Notes under the pieces: model-generated | What the model saw: only the letters and a program-made list of their open reading frames with translations | What the model was told of the DNA's origin: nothing | The model's database searches: none | Made by a program: the position numbers and the translations under genes | In this document: one piece after another, positions 9,653 to 18,952 of the stretch | Numbering within the stretch: the stretch's first letter is position 1 | How the letters are laid out: each line of letters begins with the position of its first letter | Assembly: GCA_965183885.1 (NCBI GenBank) | Contig: OZ238992.1 | Location: forward strand, 1,915,159-1,979,158 | Source of the DNA: Flavobacteriales bacterium | Lineage (GTDB): Bacteria; Bacteroidota; Bacteroidia; Flavobacteriales; BACL11 | Direction: 5' to 3' | DNA length: 64,000 nucleotides

Positions 9653-10249
9653 TTATAAGCACAAACTTAATTGTGAGGGAAGTAGTTGAAAACTTTTTCT
9701 ATGATGAGTAGTTGCACCAAACTCACTAATAGCTTTTCGGTGTTGTTTGGTTGGGTAACCTTTGTTATTTTTCCAGTAATATTCAGGGTGTTCTTTATCT
9801 AAATCATGCATGATATCATCCCTATAGGTTTTAGCTAATACAGAAGCAGCAGCTATTGACATGAATTTAGCATCTCCTTTAACAATACATTTATGAGGAA
9901 TATTTGAGTAGGGATTAAATCTATTTCCATCAATAAGAAGTAGTTCTGCTTTTTTTTCTAGAGATTTAATTGCTCTGTGCATTGCTAAGAAAGAAGCATT
10001 AAGTATATTTATTTCATCTATTTCTTTAGGGCTAACAACACCTACAGCCCATGTAATTGCTTCTTTCTCTATAATAGGACGTAATAACTCTCTTTTCTTT
10101 TCTGAAAGAACTTTACTATCATTTAATAGATTGTTAGTGAAGTTCTTAGGCAAGATAACTGCAGCAGCTACTACAGGTCCAGATAAGCAGCCTCTTCCAG
10201 CTTCATCACAGCCAGCAATTATTAGCTTTGATTTGTAGTGTTTTAACAT
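9653..10249 (-). CDS. rnhB: Ribonuclease HII
   Basis: 198 aa. Catalytic motif [19 protein letters not shown] and downstream LLIDGN. Confidence 0.93.
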   Translation of the reverse strand: MLKHYKSKLIIAGCDEAGRGCLSGPVVAAAVILPKNFTNNLLNDSKVLSEKKRELLRPIIEKEAITWAVGVVSPKEIDEINILNASFLAMHRAIKSLEKKAELLLIDGNRFNPYSNIPHKCIVKGDAKFMSIAAASVLAKTYRDDIMHDLDKEHPEYYWKNNKGYPTKQHRKAISEFGATTHHRKSFQLLPSQLSLCL

Positions 10250-10278
10250 TTTATCTTATTGATAATTTAGTCTATTGT

Positions 10279-11163
10279 TTACCTAGGCATTAATCCTCTT
10301 TTAGGTGCTTTTACTTTTTTATCTTTTTCCATATTTCTAATGTCGATATCTTGTTTAAGCCACCATTTTCCTTTTTCATATTTATAGGCATTGAATGTTC
10401 CCTCAGGTATATAATACTCATGTAAGCCCTCTAAGTCTTTTTTTGGAGGTACTAAATGGTTAAATACAATTTGTTGCTCTTTTTCATGGTACTTTACACT
10501 AACGCTTGTTCTAGAATCATATTCTAAAAAAACACGCTTTTGACTTTCTTTTTTGTTTGTTTTGAAAATTGGAAGTCCAAATTTTATTTTGTTTTTCCCT
10601 GAAAAATACATTGCATCAATTATTTTCTTTGTGCTTCTACCATCATTTCCATCCCACCCTAATAGGGTATAGTATTTGCGTCCTGATTTTTTAATGTATG
10701 AAATTTGATAATAAAGCGCCCCATACCAGTTTTTTGCATCTAAATCTTCTTGTTCAGGGTTTCGAATATTATCAGAGTTATCAGTAAGTGAGATTAATTC
10801 GAATCGTTTTTTCTTTTTATTGTAGTAGTGTACAATTCCGTAGTAGCTATAAGAGTCATTGTCTTTTTTGAGTAGCCAGTTAAATATCCTAAAGCTATTG
10901 TCAGGAGCATTAACCCTAGCAATAGTTACTAAAGAGTCAAAAGGAAATTTAAAAGACTTTTCATATTGCAGTACTTCAGTAAGGTTAGTAATAAATGCTT
11001 CGTTAGCAATGAGTTTTTCAGCTTCAGTTTCAGCATTCATAATGTGATGAGCCATTACTTTTAGTGTGTCTTCATACTCAATAAATAGGGCTTTGTTTCC
11101 TTTTTGAGCATAAGCCATTAGGTTAAGAAGTATAAAAATATTCAGAAATAATAATTTTCTCAT
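10279..11163 (-). CDS. Secreted hypothetical protein
   Basis: 294-aa ORF with a signal peptide (LLFLNIFILLNLMAYAQ). No recognisable catalytic motif. Confidence 0.6.
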   Translation of the reverse strand: MRKLLFLNIFILLNLMAYAQKGNKALFIEYEDTLKVMAHHIMNAETEAEKLIANEAFITNLTEVLQYEKSFKFPFDSLVTIARVNAPDNSFRIFNWLLKKDNDSYSYYGIVHYYNKKKKRFELISLTDNSDNIRNPEQEDLDAKNWYGALYYQISYIKKSGRKYYTLLGWDGNDGRSTKKIIDAMYFSGKNKIKFGLPIFKTNKKESQKRVFLEYDSRTSVSVKYHEKEQQIVFNHLVPPKKDLEGLHEYYIPEGTFNAYKYEKGKWWLKQDIDIRNMEKDKKVKAPKRGLMPR

Positions 11164-11189
11164 TGTATAGGTGTTTGCAAACTATATTT

Positions 11190-11197
11190 TACTTTTG
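11190..11197 (+). promoter_or_regulatory. -7 promoter box TACTTTTG
   Basis: Exact TAnnTTTG match, 18 nt upstream of the ATG at 11216. This argues against the GTG 11171 start used by the track ORF. Confidence 0.5.
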
Positions 11198-11215
11198 CAC
11201 AAAGATAATTATTTG

Positions 11216-12220
11216 ATGAATTTACAAGCAAGAATAGCAGCATTTACTGAGTTAGGAGAGTATTTAAAAAATGATTTGCATAAAGAAGCAGCAGAACAAT
11301 TGCATTTAACTGAAGTGCGTAACCCATGGTTTACTCAGGAAAATATAAAACAAGCTCTTAATGCTTGGCAAGAGCAGTTAAGTGAGGATATGCTTAAAGC
11401 TTGGTTAAGTCCTTATAAGTTAAAGGAGGTTGAGGGACCTAAAAAGGTACTTGTTATAATGGCAGGGAATATTCCATTAGTTGGTTTTCATGATTTCTTA
11501 ACAGTTCTTGTTTTAGGGCATAAAGTAGTAATCAAAATGTCTAGTACAGATAATGTACTTTTAAAGGTAATTATTGATAAGTTAATTGATATTGCTCCTG
11601 ATCTTAAAAACAGCATTGAATTTATTGATGATGTAAAAAATAGAAAGTTTGATGCTGTAATAGCAACAGGTAGTGATAATTCAGCTCAATATTTTGAGTA
11701 TTATTTTAAAGATGCTAAAAAGATAATTCGTAAAAATAGAAGATCCGTAGCTGTATTGGATGGTACGGAGTCTAGCATGGAGTTAAAAGGTCTTGCTAAT
11801 GATGTATTTGCCTATTTTGGGTTGGGTTGCCGTAATGTGTCAAAGCTATTTTTGCCTAAAGGTTTTAATTTAGATAATTTATTTAAAGCATTTTTTCCGT
11901 ATTCTCATGTAGTGGAACATAAAAAGTATGGAAATAATTACGATTATAATAAGGCTATCTTTTTAATGGGAAGTAATGATTTAATTGAAAATGGATTTTT
12001 ATTAATGAAAGAGGATAGGTCTTTGCTTTCTCCTGTAGCTATGTTGTATTATGAATATTACAATGATATTAGTACTGTGGAACATTTTGTTGAAGAAAAT
12101 GCTGAGCAGTTGCAGTGTGTAGTTTCAAAAAAAGACATTCCTTTTGGGAATACACAACAGCCTAATCTTTGGGATTATGCTGATGGAGTAGATACAGTAG
12201 AATTTTTAAGAGCATTATAA
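11216..12220 (+). CDS. Acyl-CoA reductase (LuxC-like) family protein
   Basis: The track ORF starts at GTG 11171. I prefer ATG 11216 (MNLQARIAAF) because it lies downstream of the promoter box. VLVIMAGNIPLVGFHDFL.. and GLGCRNVSK resemble LuxC-type acyl-CoA reductases. Confidence 0.7.
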   Translation: MNLQARIAAFTELGEYLKNDLHKEAAEQLHLTEVRNPWFTQENIKQALNAWQEQLSEDMLKAWLSPYKLKEVEGPKKVLVIMAGNIPLVGFHDFLTVLVLGHKVVIKMSSTDNVLLKVIIDKLIDIAPDLKNSIEFIDDVKNRKFDAVIATGSDNSAQYFEYYFKDAKKIIRKNRRSVAVLDGTESSMELKGLANDVFAYFGLGCRNVSKLFLPKGFNLDNLFKAFFPYSHVVEHKKYGNNYDYNKAIFLMGSNDLIENGFLLMKEDRSLLSPVAMLYYEYYNDISTVEHFVEENAEQLQCVVSKKDIPFGNTQQPNLWDYADGVDTVEFLRAL

Positions 12221-12227
12221 GAGTCTA

Positions 12228-13682
12228 TTAAAACTCGTAAGCTCCAATATCAGGGGTATTCCTAGTATTTCCTTCTATATCGCTATTTATAAAAGTAGTT
12301 GTTGCAGCATCAATTGCAACTGATGTGCTGTCTAAGTTAAAATCATTCTCTCGGTAATTCTTAAACAGAGGGTCTTCATTTATAATACAATTTATATAGT
12401 TTGAGGTTGCTGTATTTATTTCAGAGTCTATTCTTAACAAGCTGTGGTCAAAACTGTAGTTAAAAGCACCTAATTCTTGCTCTTGAAATTCTATTTCATT
12501 GGCTTGATTTCCGTAGATAATACAATTTGTAAAATTAGCAGCATTTAAGTCTCTTATATATATGTTTCCGTCTGCACCTTCATAATAGTTGTTGAGTAGG
12601 ATAGAAGGGGTATTTCTATGGCTGTAGTCCCAGTAATTAGCAAAAGTACAATGCGTAAAGTTATAAGTTCCTCCTATATTGCAGGCAACAGCATATTGTC
12701 CGCATTTGGCTATTAGGGTATTGTTAGCCTCAATATTTGCTCCTTGCCCTAGTATACCTATGCTTGACATGTTTTCGATAATTGTATTGTTTATAGTTAC
12801 AGTAGGGTTGCTATTGGCTACAGAATCAGCTCTTATTCCAAAATTTCCATTCTTGATAATAGCATAGTCAATAGTACTGTTTATGCTTCCTTGAACAAAA
12901 TGAATTCCATTCCATTGTCCTGGAATATTTTCATACCAAGAATCGAGCCTATCTCCTTTAAATACTACTTCGTTGTTTAGTGTCCCATTAATGATTAATG
13001 TTCCATTGTTAAGGGGTGGAGTTCCATCGCTATTACTTAAGATAGGATTTCCAACAAATATTCCTGAATTATTATGAAAGAATATTTCAGTCCCTGCTTC
13101 AATTGTTAAAGTGGCATTAGGTTCAATTACTATATAGCCATAAACTACATGAGGAAGATCATTAGTCCAAGTTTGTTGTCCTTTTATGGAGTAATAGCCA
13201 TAATTAACGCTATCGGTTCCATTTGTAAAAATGTTATCGTGAGGTAAATGAAAATTAGCATTTCTTCCTGGTGCAACTAGTTTAATGTCTTGCTGTTTTG
13301 TTCCAGTTGTAAAGTCGATACTGCTAGTAAGTAAAAACTCATTATTACTATTCTGATTTGGAGTAACCTCCAGAAAAATAAAGATACTATCTTTTGCAGG
13401 AATTTCAACCTCTTTATGTGAGTTCCCTGGAGTTCCATCAACATTTATTCTGAAACTACCTTCATTTATTTGATTTAAAGAGATATCAGTAATTACAGTA
13501 AAATTATTTTTATTGTAGACCGTAAGCGTTTGTGTTGGTGTGCCTATAGAGTGGAAAGCAGTATCAAATATTACAGTGTCATTTGAAAAATGCAAGCTAG
13601 CACTTTGCTTAGTATCCATAATATCTTTTTTACAGGCAAAAAGAATAGTTAGTAGTAGTAGGGGAAGGATGTATTTGTTCAT
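12228..13682 (-). CDS. Lipoprotein with right-handed beta-helix (pectin-lyase-fold-like) repeats
   Basis: Lipobox LTILFAC, repeated N..I.N/G.. rungs, and the C-terminal DIEGNTRNTPDIGAYEF motif common at the end of beta-helix-region proteins. Confidence 0.65.
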   Translation of the reverse strand: MNKYILPLLLLTILFACKKDIMDTKQSASLHFSNDTVIFDTAFHSIGTPTQTLTVYNKNNFTVITDISLNQINEGSFRINVDGTPGNSHKEVEIPAKDSIFIFLEVTPNQNSNNEFLLTSSIDFTTGTKQQDIKLVAPGRNANFHLPHDNIFTNGTDSVNYGYYSIKGQQTWTNDLPHVVYGYIVIEPNATLTIEAGTEIFFHNNSGIFVGNPILSNSDGTPPLNNGTLIINGTLNNEVVFKGDRLDSWYENIPGQWNGIHFVQGSINSTIDYAIIKNGNFGIRADSVANSNPTVTINNTIIENMSSIGILGQGANIEANNTLIAKCGQYAVACNIGGTYNFTHCTFANYWDYSHRNTPSILLNNYYEGADGNIYIRDLNAANFTNCIIYGNQANEIEFQEQELGAFNYSFDHSLLRIDSEINTATSNYINCIINEDPLFKNYRENDFNLDSTSVAIDAATTTFINSDIEGNTRNTPDIGAYEF

Positions 13683-14134
13683 TACCTCATGTTTCTTATT
13701 CTATCCATATCTCGTTTTTGGTCTTTCTCTTTTATGCTTTCTCTTTTATCGTATATCTTTTTACCTTTAGCTAAAGCAATTTCAAGCTTTGCTCTTCCTT
13801 TTTCATTAATGAATAAACGAATAGGAATAATTGCATTTCCTTTTTCTTTTACTTTCCCTAGCATCTTATTTAGTTCTTGTCGGTTTAGTAAAAGTTTACG
13901 ATCCCTTTTTGGCTCATGATTAACATAGCCTCCATTTGGATATTCAGCAATGTGTAAATTTTTAACATACAATTCTTCATCTACAAAAACGCAATGTGCA
14001 TCCGAAATATTGGCTTTATTGTTACGAATAGATTTAATTTCTGTTCCTACTAGAGAAATTCCAGCAACAAAATTAGCTATGAATTGGTATTCAAAGCTTG
14101 CTTTACGATTTTTGATGTTTACTTTGCTTGACAT
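13682..14134 (-). CDS. smpB: SsrA-binding protein
   Basis: 150 aa. KNRKASFEYQF, GTEIKSIR, and LLLNRQELNKM followed by a basic tail. Confidence 0.93.
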   Translation of the reverse strand: MSSKVNIKNRKASFEYQFIANFVAGISLVGTEIKSIRNNKANISDAHCVFVDEELYVKNLHIAEYPNGGYVNHEPKRDRKLLLNRQELNKMLGKVKEKGNAIIPIRLFINEKGRAKLEIALAKGKKIYDKRESIKEKDQKRDMDRIRNMR

Positions 14135-14151
14135 AGGACAAAGATAGTATT

Positions 14152-14178
14152 TAGATGTTAGATATTAGATGTTAGATG
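14152..14178. repeat. Tandem heptamer repeat (TAGATGT TAGATAT TAGATGT TAGATG)
   Basis: Read directly in the smpB/ZIP intergenic spacer. The TAGATATTAGA core recurs in reverse complement at 18883-18897 and 18913-18927. Confidence 0.8.
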
Positions 14179-14213
14179 AAAATCTCTTATGTCAAAATAT
14201 TCACCACTAAGTT

Positions 14214-15074
14214 TTATCCCAGTGCTACATCTAGTATCATCATAACAATAAACCCTGCGATAAGTCCCATAGTGGCAAGGTCAGTATTTCCACCACTTTG
14301 GCTTTCTGGAATTACTTCTTCTACTACAATAAATATCATAGCTCCAGCAGCAAAGGCAAGGGCATAAGGTAGGATAGGGAGTACTTGCATAACAACGGCA
14401 GCACCAATTACTGCAAAAATAGGTTCTACAATAGCAGATAGCTGTCCCCATTTCCAAGATTTCCACCTGCTAACTCCTTGTCTTCTTAGGGGCATAGATA
14501 CGGCAAATCCTTCAGGGAAATTCTGTATCCCAATTCCTATAGCTAATGCAATGGCTGATCCTATAGAAAACACTTCACTCATTCCGGTAAGTTCGGGACT
14601 TGCGAGCGCTCCAAAAGCAACTCCTACAGCCAATCCTTCAGGGATATTGTGTAGGGCAATAGCAAGGACTAATAAAATGGTTTTACGCCAATTTGTTTCT
14701 ACTCCTTCAGCTTCTTCTCTTTTTGCAAAAAGGTGGAGGTGAGGAATAACCTTATCTAACCCATATAGGAAAAGAGCTCCCAATAAAAAACCAATTGCAG
14801 GAGGCAGCCATGAAGGGGTAGAAGTAAGACCCATTTCATTCTGCATTTCTACATAGTTAATGGATGGTGATAAGAGCGACCAGAAACTTGCTGCTATCAT
14901 TACACCTCCTGTAAATCCTAAGGATATATCTAAAACTTTTCGGTTAGAGTTCTTAAATAAAAAGACTAATGCAGCACCAAGAGCAGTTAATCCCCAAGTA
15001 AAAAGCCCTGCAAATAAGGCTTGCATTACTGGAGTTTGTGCTATAAACCATTTGTATATTTCGTAATTTTCCAT
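14214..15074 (-). CDS. ZIP-family divalent metal transporter
   Basis: 286 aa and polytopic. HNIPEGLAVG and QNFPEGFAVS motifs of ZIP/ZupT-type transporters. Confidence 0.88.
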   Translation of the reverse strand: MENYEIYKWFIAQTPVMQALFAGLFTWGLTALGAALVFLFKNSNRKVLDISLGFTGGVMIAASFWSLLSPSINYVEMQNEMGLTSTPSWLPPAIGFLLGALFLYGLDKVIPHLHLFAKREEAEGVETNWRKTILLVLAIALHNIPEGLAVGVAFGALASPELTGMSEVFSIGSAIALAIGIGIQNFPEGFAVSMPLRRQGVSRWKSWKWGQLSAIVEPIFAVIGAAVVMQVLPILPYALAFAAGAMIFIVVEEVIPESQSGGNTDLATMGLIAGFIVMMILDVALG

Positions 15075-15075
15075 T

Positions 15076-15732
15076 TTAGTTTGTTTTTATTAGGAGGTGC
15101 TTGGCAACTTCATTGCTAATTTGCCTTTTTTCATTGCTTATCATTATTTCTAATGATTTGTCAAAGCTGTTAATTTTTATAAGTTCAATTTCTGTTCCTA
15201 TACTAATGTTAAGTTGAGTAAGGTAGTCCAGAAATGCTTTTTCATCTAGTGTAACGCCCATTAGCTTGCCTTTTGTATTTGCTGGTAATTTAGTTAGGGC
15301 TATGGTATTTGTATGGTGTATTTTCCCATCCTTTGTTGGAATAGGCTCTCCGTGAGGATCAAATTTTGGATGCTTTAGGTAGGCGTCTAAACGATCAATC
15401 AATTCTTCCGACTTTATATGTTCTAATTGTTCGGCTACCTCATGTACTTCTCCCCAGTTAAAGCCTAAGTTGTTTACTAGAAAAGTTTCCCAAAGCCTGT
15501 GCTTTCTTAGGATGTTTATGGCTTTTTTTGCTCCGAGCTTACTGAGTTCAACTCCTTTGTATTTTTGGTACTTTATGAGTTTTTTCTCTTGTAGTTTTTT
15601 TAGCATATCGGATACTGATGCAGCAGATGTGCTAATTTCTTGGGCTATTGCATTGGTAGATACTTTTCCTCCTTCATTTAAGGAGATGGATAAAATGGCT
15701 TTTAAATAATTTTCTTCTGCTAAAGTAATCAT
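15076..15732 (-). CDS. DtxR/MntR-family metal-dependent transcriptional regulator
   Basis: 218 aa. N-terminal winged HTH (ENYLKAI...), HRLWETFL dimerisation region, and a C-terminal FeoA/SH3-like domain. There is a 1-nt gap to the downstream ZIP gene. Confidence 0.88.
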   Translation of the reverse strand: MITLAEENYLKAILSISLNEGGKVSTNAIAQEISTSAASVSDMLKKLQEKKLIKYQKYKGVELSKLGAKKAINILRKHRLWETFLVNNLGFNWGEVHEVAEQLEHIKSEELIDRLDAYLKHPKFDPHGEPIPTKDGKIHHTNTIALTKLPANTKGKLMGVTLDEKAFLDYLTQLNISIGTEIELIKINSFDKSLEIMISNEKRQISNEVAKHLLIKTN

Positions 15733-15769
15733 ATTGCAAAAATATAAATTAAATTAATATAAATAAAAG

Positions 15770-15785
15770 TTTAGGCTTGTCTAAA
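15770..15785. promoter_or_regulatory. Candidate metal-repressor operator (TTTAG-N6-CTAAA palindrome)
   Basis: TTTAGGCTTGTCTAAA lies between the divergent DtxR-family gene and the TonB receptor, just upstream of the receptor -7 box. TTAGG..CTAA half-sites resemble DtxR/MntR boxes. Confidence 0.3.
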
Positions 15786-15792
15786 AATAAAG

Positions 15793-15800
15793 TACTTTTG
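15793..15800 (+). promoter_or_regulatory. -7 promoter box TACTTTTG
   Basis: Exact TAnnTTTG match, 31 nt upstream of the ATG at 15832. Confidence 0.5.
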
Positions 15801-15831
15801 CTCCGAAAACTAAAAAACTAAAAACAAGGGT

Positions 15832-18135
15832 ATGAAAAATGTATTTAATCTAGTAATTGTAGGGTGTTTGCTTATGAGTTTTCATTTAAAAGCACAAACA
15901 ATTAAGGGGGAAATAAAGGCTAATGGCGTTGCTGTTTCTTTTGCAAATATTGTGTTAGATGGAAAAAAGAAGGGGGTTTCTGCTAATGAAAACGGAATGT
16001 ATCAATTTGATGATGTGGTTTTAGGACATCAACATCTTATTGTTAGTGCAGTAGGGATGCTTACTAAAAAAGTGCATGTTACTATTGTAGAAGGAGTAAA
16101 TACAGTTGATATTGAATTAAAGCCTTCGGTGTATGATTTGGATCAGGTGGTAGTAACAGGTACTAAAACATTTAAGAGAAGAACGGAATCTCCAGTAATT
16201 GTAAATGTAATTGACAGCAGGCAATTAGAGGCTGTGCAAGCTTGTAATTTGGCAGAAGGGTTAAATTTTCAGCCAGGAATACGAATAGAAACGGATTGCC
16301 AAACTTGTAATTATACGCAGTTGCGTATGAATGGATTATCGGGAGGATATTCACAGATTTTAATTAATGGGCGTCCAATTTTTAGTCCGCTTACAGGTTT
16401 GTATGGTATGGAGCAAATTCCAACAAATATGATAGATAGAATTGAAATTGTTAGGGGTGGGGGAAGTTCGCTTTACGGGTCTTCTGCTATAGGTGGTATT
16501 GTTAATGTAATTACAAAACTTCCTAGTGATAACAGTTATAGTTTTGGTTATGATTTTTCTCGTATAAATGCGAGTGCTGATGATAAGGTATTGTATGGAA
16601 ACGCTACTGTTGTTGCAGCTAATAAAAACTCTGGAGCTACTTTTTTTGTAAACAATAGAGGTAGAATGTGGTATGATGATAATGGCGATAATTATTCGGA
16701 GTTACCTGCACTTAAGGACAATACTTTTGGAGCTAATTTCTTTTTCTTGCCTTCAAAAAATCAGAAGTTAGAGGCAAATATTGGTAGTTTACATGAGTAC
16801 AGGTATGGTGGGGAGATGACTAATAAGGCGGCTCATTTTGCCATGCAATCTGAAGAAAGGGTGCATGATGTATTGTTAGGAAATATAGATTATCAGATTA
16901 ATTTTAATGGAGGGGCTTCTTCTTTTATAACTTATTTGGCAGCTCAGCAAACAGGTAGAGAGCATTATACAGGAATAAGGCCAGAGGTTGGAACGGCGGA
17001 AGATGCTGCACATTTAGCAAACCCTCCTTATGGAACATCATTAAATACTACTAAGCAGTTTGGTGTACAGTTGAATCATAAGTATGATAAGTTTATTGGA
17101 TCTAATGTATTTACTCTAGGGTCGGAATATGTATCGGATGATGTGATGGATGAAATTGGGGCGTATAATTACTTAATTGATCAGCAGGTAAAAACTATAG
17201 GGACATTTTTGCAATCGGACTGGAATTTGTCTGAGCGTATTAATTTATTGAGTGGAGCAAGGTTTGATAAACACTCTCTTTTGGATAAAATAGTGATCAG
17301 CCCTAGGTTATCTTTATTGTACAAACTAAAAAAGAGCACACAATTTAGGTTCTCGTACAGTACAGGTTTTAGGGCGCCACAAGCTTTCGATACTGATTTG
17401 CATATGGCTTTTGCTGGAGGAGGTATCTCAAGAATAATGTTAGCTGATGATTTAAAAGAAGAGCGTTCAGAGAGTTTAAGCGCATCTGTAAACTATGATA
17501 AGGCAACGGCAGACTATGTGTATGGTTTTACGCTAGAAGGCTTTTATACGCGCTTAGAAGATGCTTTTTATCAAGATCCTGTAGGGGAAGATGCATTTGG
17601 AGAAGTTTTTGTTAAGAGAAATGGTGCGGGAGCTACTGTTAAGGGCTTAACTTTAGAGTTTAGAGCAAACCTTTATCAGAAGTTACAACTAGAGTCAGGC
17701 TTTACTTTGCAGGAATCTTTGTACGATGAGGCGGTAAGTTATGCTGATGGCTTAGAAGATAAGAAAGAGTTCTTGCGTACTCCAGCAGCCTATGCTTATG
17801 CTACGCTAAGTTATGCTCCTTCTGCTAGATTTTCTTTTGCTGCTAACCTAGTACATACAGGAGAAATGACTTTAGTGCATATGGCAGGAGCTCCAGAGCA
17901 AACTGAAGATGAATATCTAACCTCTAAGGCTTTTAATGCAATTGGTGTAAAAGCAACTTATATTCAAAAATTAAAAAGGGTAGGGGTTAAGTTGGAGTAT
18001 AGTGTTGGAGTTAAGAATTTAACTAATGACTATCAGCAGAAATTTGATACCTTAAAAAATCGTGATAGTAATTTTGTTTATGGGCCAAGTATGCCACGAA
18101 CGGTGTACTTATCTTTGGTGCTAAAGTCATTGTAA
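15832..18135 (+). CDS. TonB-dependent receptor with N-terminal carboxypeptidase-regulatory-like domain
   Basis: Signal peptide, CarboxypepD_reg-like segment (IKGEIKANGVAVSFANIVL), plug motif DRIEIVRGGGSSLYGSSAIGGIVNVITK, and a long beta-barrel. Confidence 0.9.
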   Translation: MKNVFNLVIVGCLLMSFHLKAQTIKGEIKANGVAVSFANIVLDGKKKGVSANENGMYQFDDVVLGHQHLIVSAVGMLTKKVHVTIVEGVNTVDIELKPSVYDLDQVVVTGTKTFKRRTESPVIVNVIDSRQLEAVQACNLAEGLNFQPGIRIETDCQTCNYTQLRMNGLSGGYSQILINGRPIFSPLTGLYGMEQIPTNMIDRIEIVRGGGSSLYGSSAIGGIVNVITKLPSDNSYSFGYDFSRINASADDKVLYGNATVVAANKNSGATFFVNNRGRMWYDDNGDNYSELPALKDNTFGANFFFLPSKNQKLEANIGSLHEYRYGGEMTNKAAHFAMQSEERVHDVLLGNIDYQINFNGGASSFITYLAAQQTGREHYTGIRPEVGTAEDAAHLANPPYGTSLNTTKQFGVQLNHKYDKFIGSNVFTLGSEYVSDDVMDEIGAYNYLIDQQVKTIGTFLQSDWNLSERINLLSGARFDKHSLLDKIVISPRLSLLYKLKKSTQFRFSYSTGFRAPQAFDTDLHMAFAGGGISRIMLADDLKEERSESLSASVNYDKATADYVYGFTLEGFYTRLEDAFYQDPVGEDAFGEVFVKRNGAGATVKGLTLEFRANLYQKLQLESGFTLQESLYDEAVSYADGLEDKKEFLRTPAAYAYATLSYAPSARFSFAANLVHTGEMTLVHMAGAPEQTEDEYLTSKAFNAIGVKATYIQKLKRVGVKLEYSVGVKNLTNDYQQKFDTLKNRDSNFVYGPSMPRTVYLSLVLKSL

Positions 18136-18160
18136 AATATTGAATAAATAAAATAAAAGA

Positions 18161-18184
18161 GCCACTTGTTAAGTGGCTTTTTTT
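18161..18184 (+). terminator. Rho-independent terminator of the TonB receptor gene
   Basis: GCCACTT-GTT-AAGTGGC hairpin followed by a 7-T run. Confidence 0.8.
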
Positions 18185-18375
18185 ATACATATAATTTACT
18201 TTTGTAAACAAAATTTGGTGTGTAATTGTAAATTAATTTACTTGAAATTTCAAAATGAATTAACAAGAGTTGAAATTACTTATAATTAATTGTTTACACA
18301 ATTTACATGAACTGATAGTTTGGTATATTTTGTGTGAAAACGATAGTATTTCTAATCTTTTATAAAATTTATTTG

Positions 18376-18383
18376 TAGTTTTG
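18376..18383 (+). promoter_or_regulatory. -7 promoter box TAGTTTTG
   Basis: Exact TAnnTTTG match, 27 nt upstream of the ATG at 18411. Confidence 0.5.
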
Positions 18384-18386
18384 CGA

Positions 18387-18400
18387 TTTACAATTGTAAA
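18387..18400. promoter_or_regulatory. Perfect 14-bp palindrome TTTACAATTGTAAA (candidate operator)
   Basis: Sits between the -7 box and the start codon of the XRE-type HTH gene. TTTACA/TGTAAA half-sites recur at about 18203, 18227, 18293 and 18302. Confidence 0.4.
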
Positions 18401-18410
18401 CTTATAATTT

Positions 18411-18710
18411 ATGCACTCAAGGCTTAAAAATTGGATGGAATCTGAAGGCTTAAAATCCTCTGCTTTGGCGGATAGTATTGGTGTGAATCGTGCTACAATT
18501 TCTCACATACTTTCGGGTCGTAATAAGCCAAGTATTGATTTTTTAGAAAAGCTTTTGCAGCAATATTCGGACTTAAATGCCAACTGGCTTATTACAGGAA
18601 TTGGTTTTATGCAAGCTTCTAAGCAGCAAAAAGAAGTGCAGGTAAGCAAGAAAATAGGGAAAATAGTGGTCTTTTATGATGATAATTCCTTTGATGAAGT
18701 AGGGGAATAG
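18411..18710 (+). CDS. XRE-family helix-turn-helix transcriptional regulator
   Basis: 99 aa. LKSSALADSIGVNRATISHILSGRNKPSIDFLEKLL is a classic Cro/C1-type HTH. Confidence 0.8.
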   Translation: MHSRLKNWMESEGLKSSALADSIGVNRATISHILSGRNKPSIDFLEKLLQQYSDLNANWLITGIGFMQASKQQKEVQVSKKIGKIVVFYDDNSFDEVGE

Positions 18711-18713
18711 GCA

Positions 18714-18741
18714 TTAGTATTAAGACTTTAGTATTTAGACT
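18714..18741. repeat. Two adjacent 14-mers: TTAGTATTAAGACT TTAGTATTTAGACT
   Basis: Read directly. They are inverted relative to the AGTCTAATATCTATT copies at 18883 and 18913. Confidence 0.7.
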
Positions 18742-18882
18742 AAAGGGGTAAAGCTATTAGCATTTTTGTCATAGCGAACTTTGGTACAAAGTGTGACTAT
18801 CTTATCATACACTAAGGAATAGATTGCTTGGCTTTGCCGAACAAAAAGCGTTTCACATTCGTTCGCAAAGATATTGTTTTTA

Positions 18883-18927
18883 AGTCTAATATCTATTGTC
18901 TAAAAGCATAGCAGTCTAATATCTATT
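18883..18927. repeat. Two direct copies of AGTCTAATATCTATT spaced 30 nt apart
   Basis: Identical 15-mers at 18883-18897 and 18913-18927. The second abuts the pyrD -7 box TACTTTTG at 18931-18938. Confidence 0.75.
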
Positions 18928-18952
18928 TTCTACTTTTGTCAAAAAATTTCCC

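Noticed and set aside
11171-11215. Non-ATG or upstream starts used by the ORF track: GTG 11171, TTG 21024, 41095, TTG 44913, 51074 and TTG 58622.
   Set aside because: In each case a downstream ATG follows a TAnnTTTG box, gives a proper N-terminus or signal peptide, or avoids running through the upstream gene. For 44913 and 58622 the proposed start lies inside the promoter box itself.
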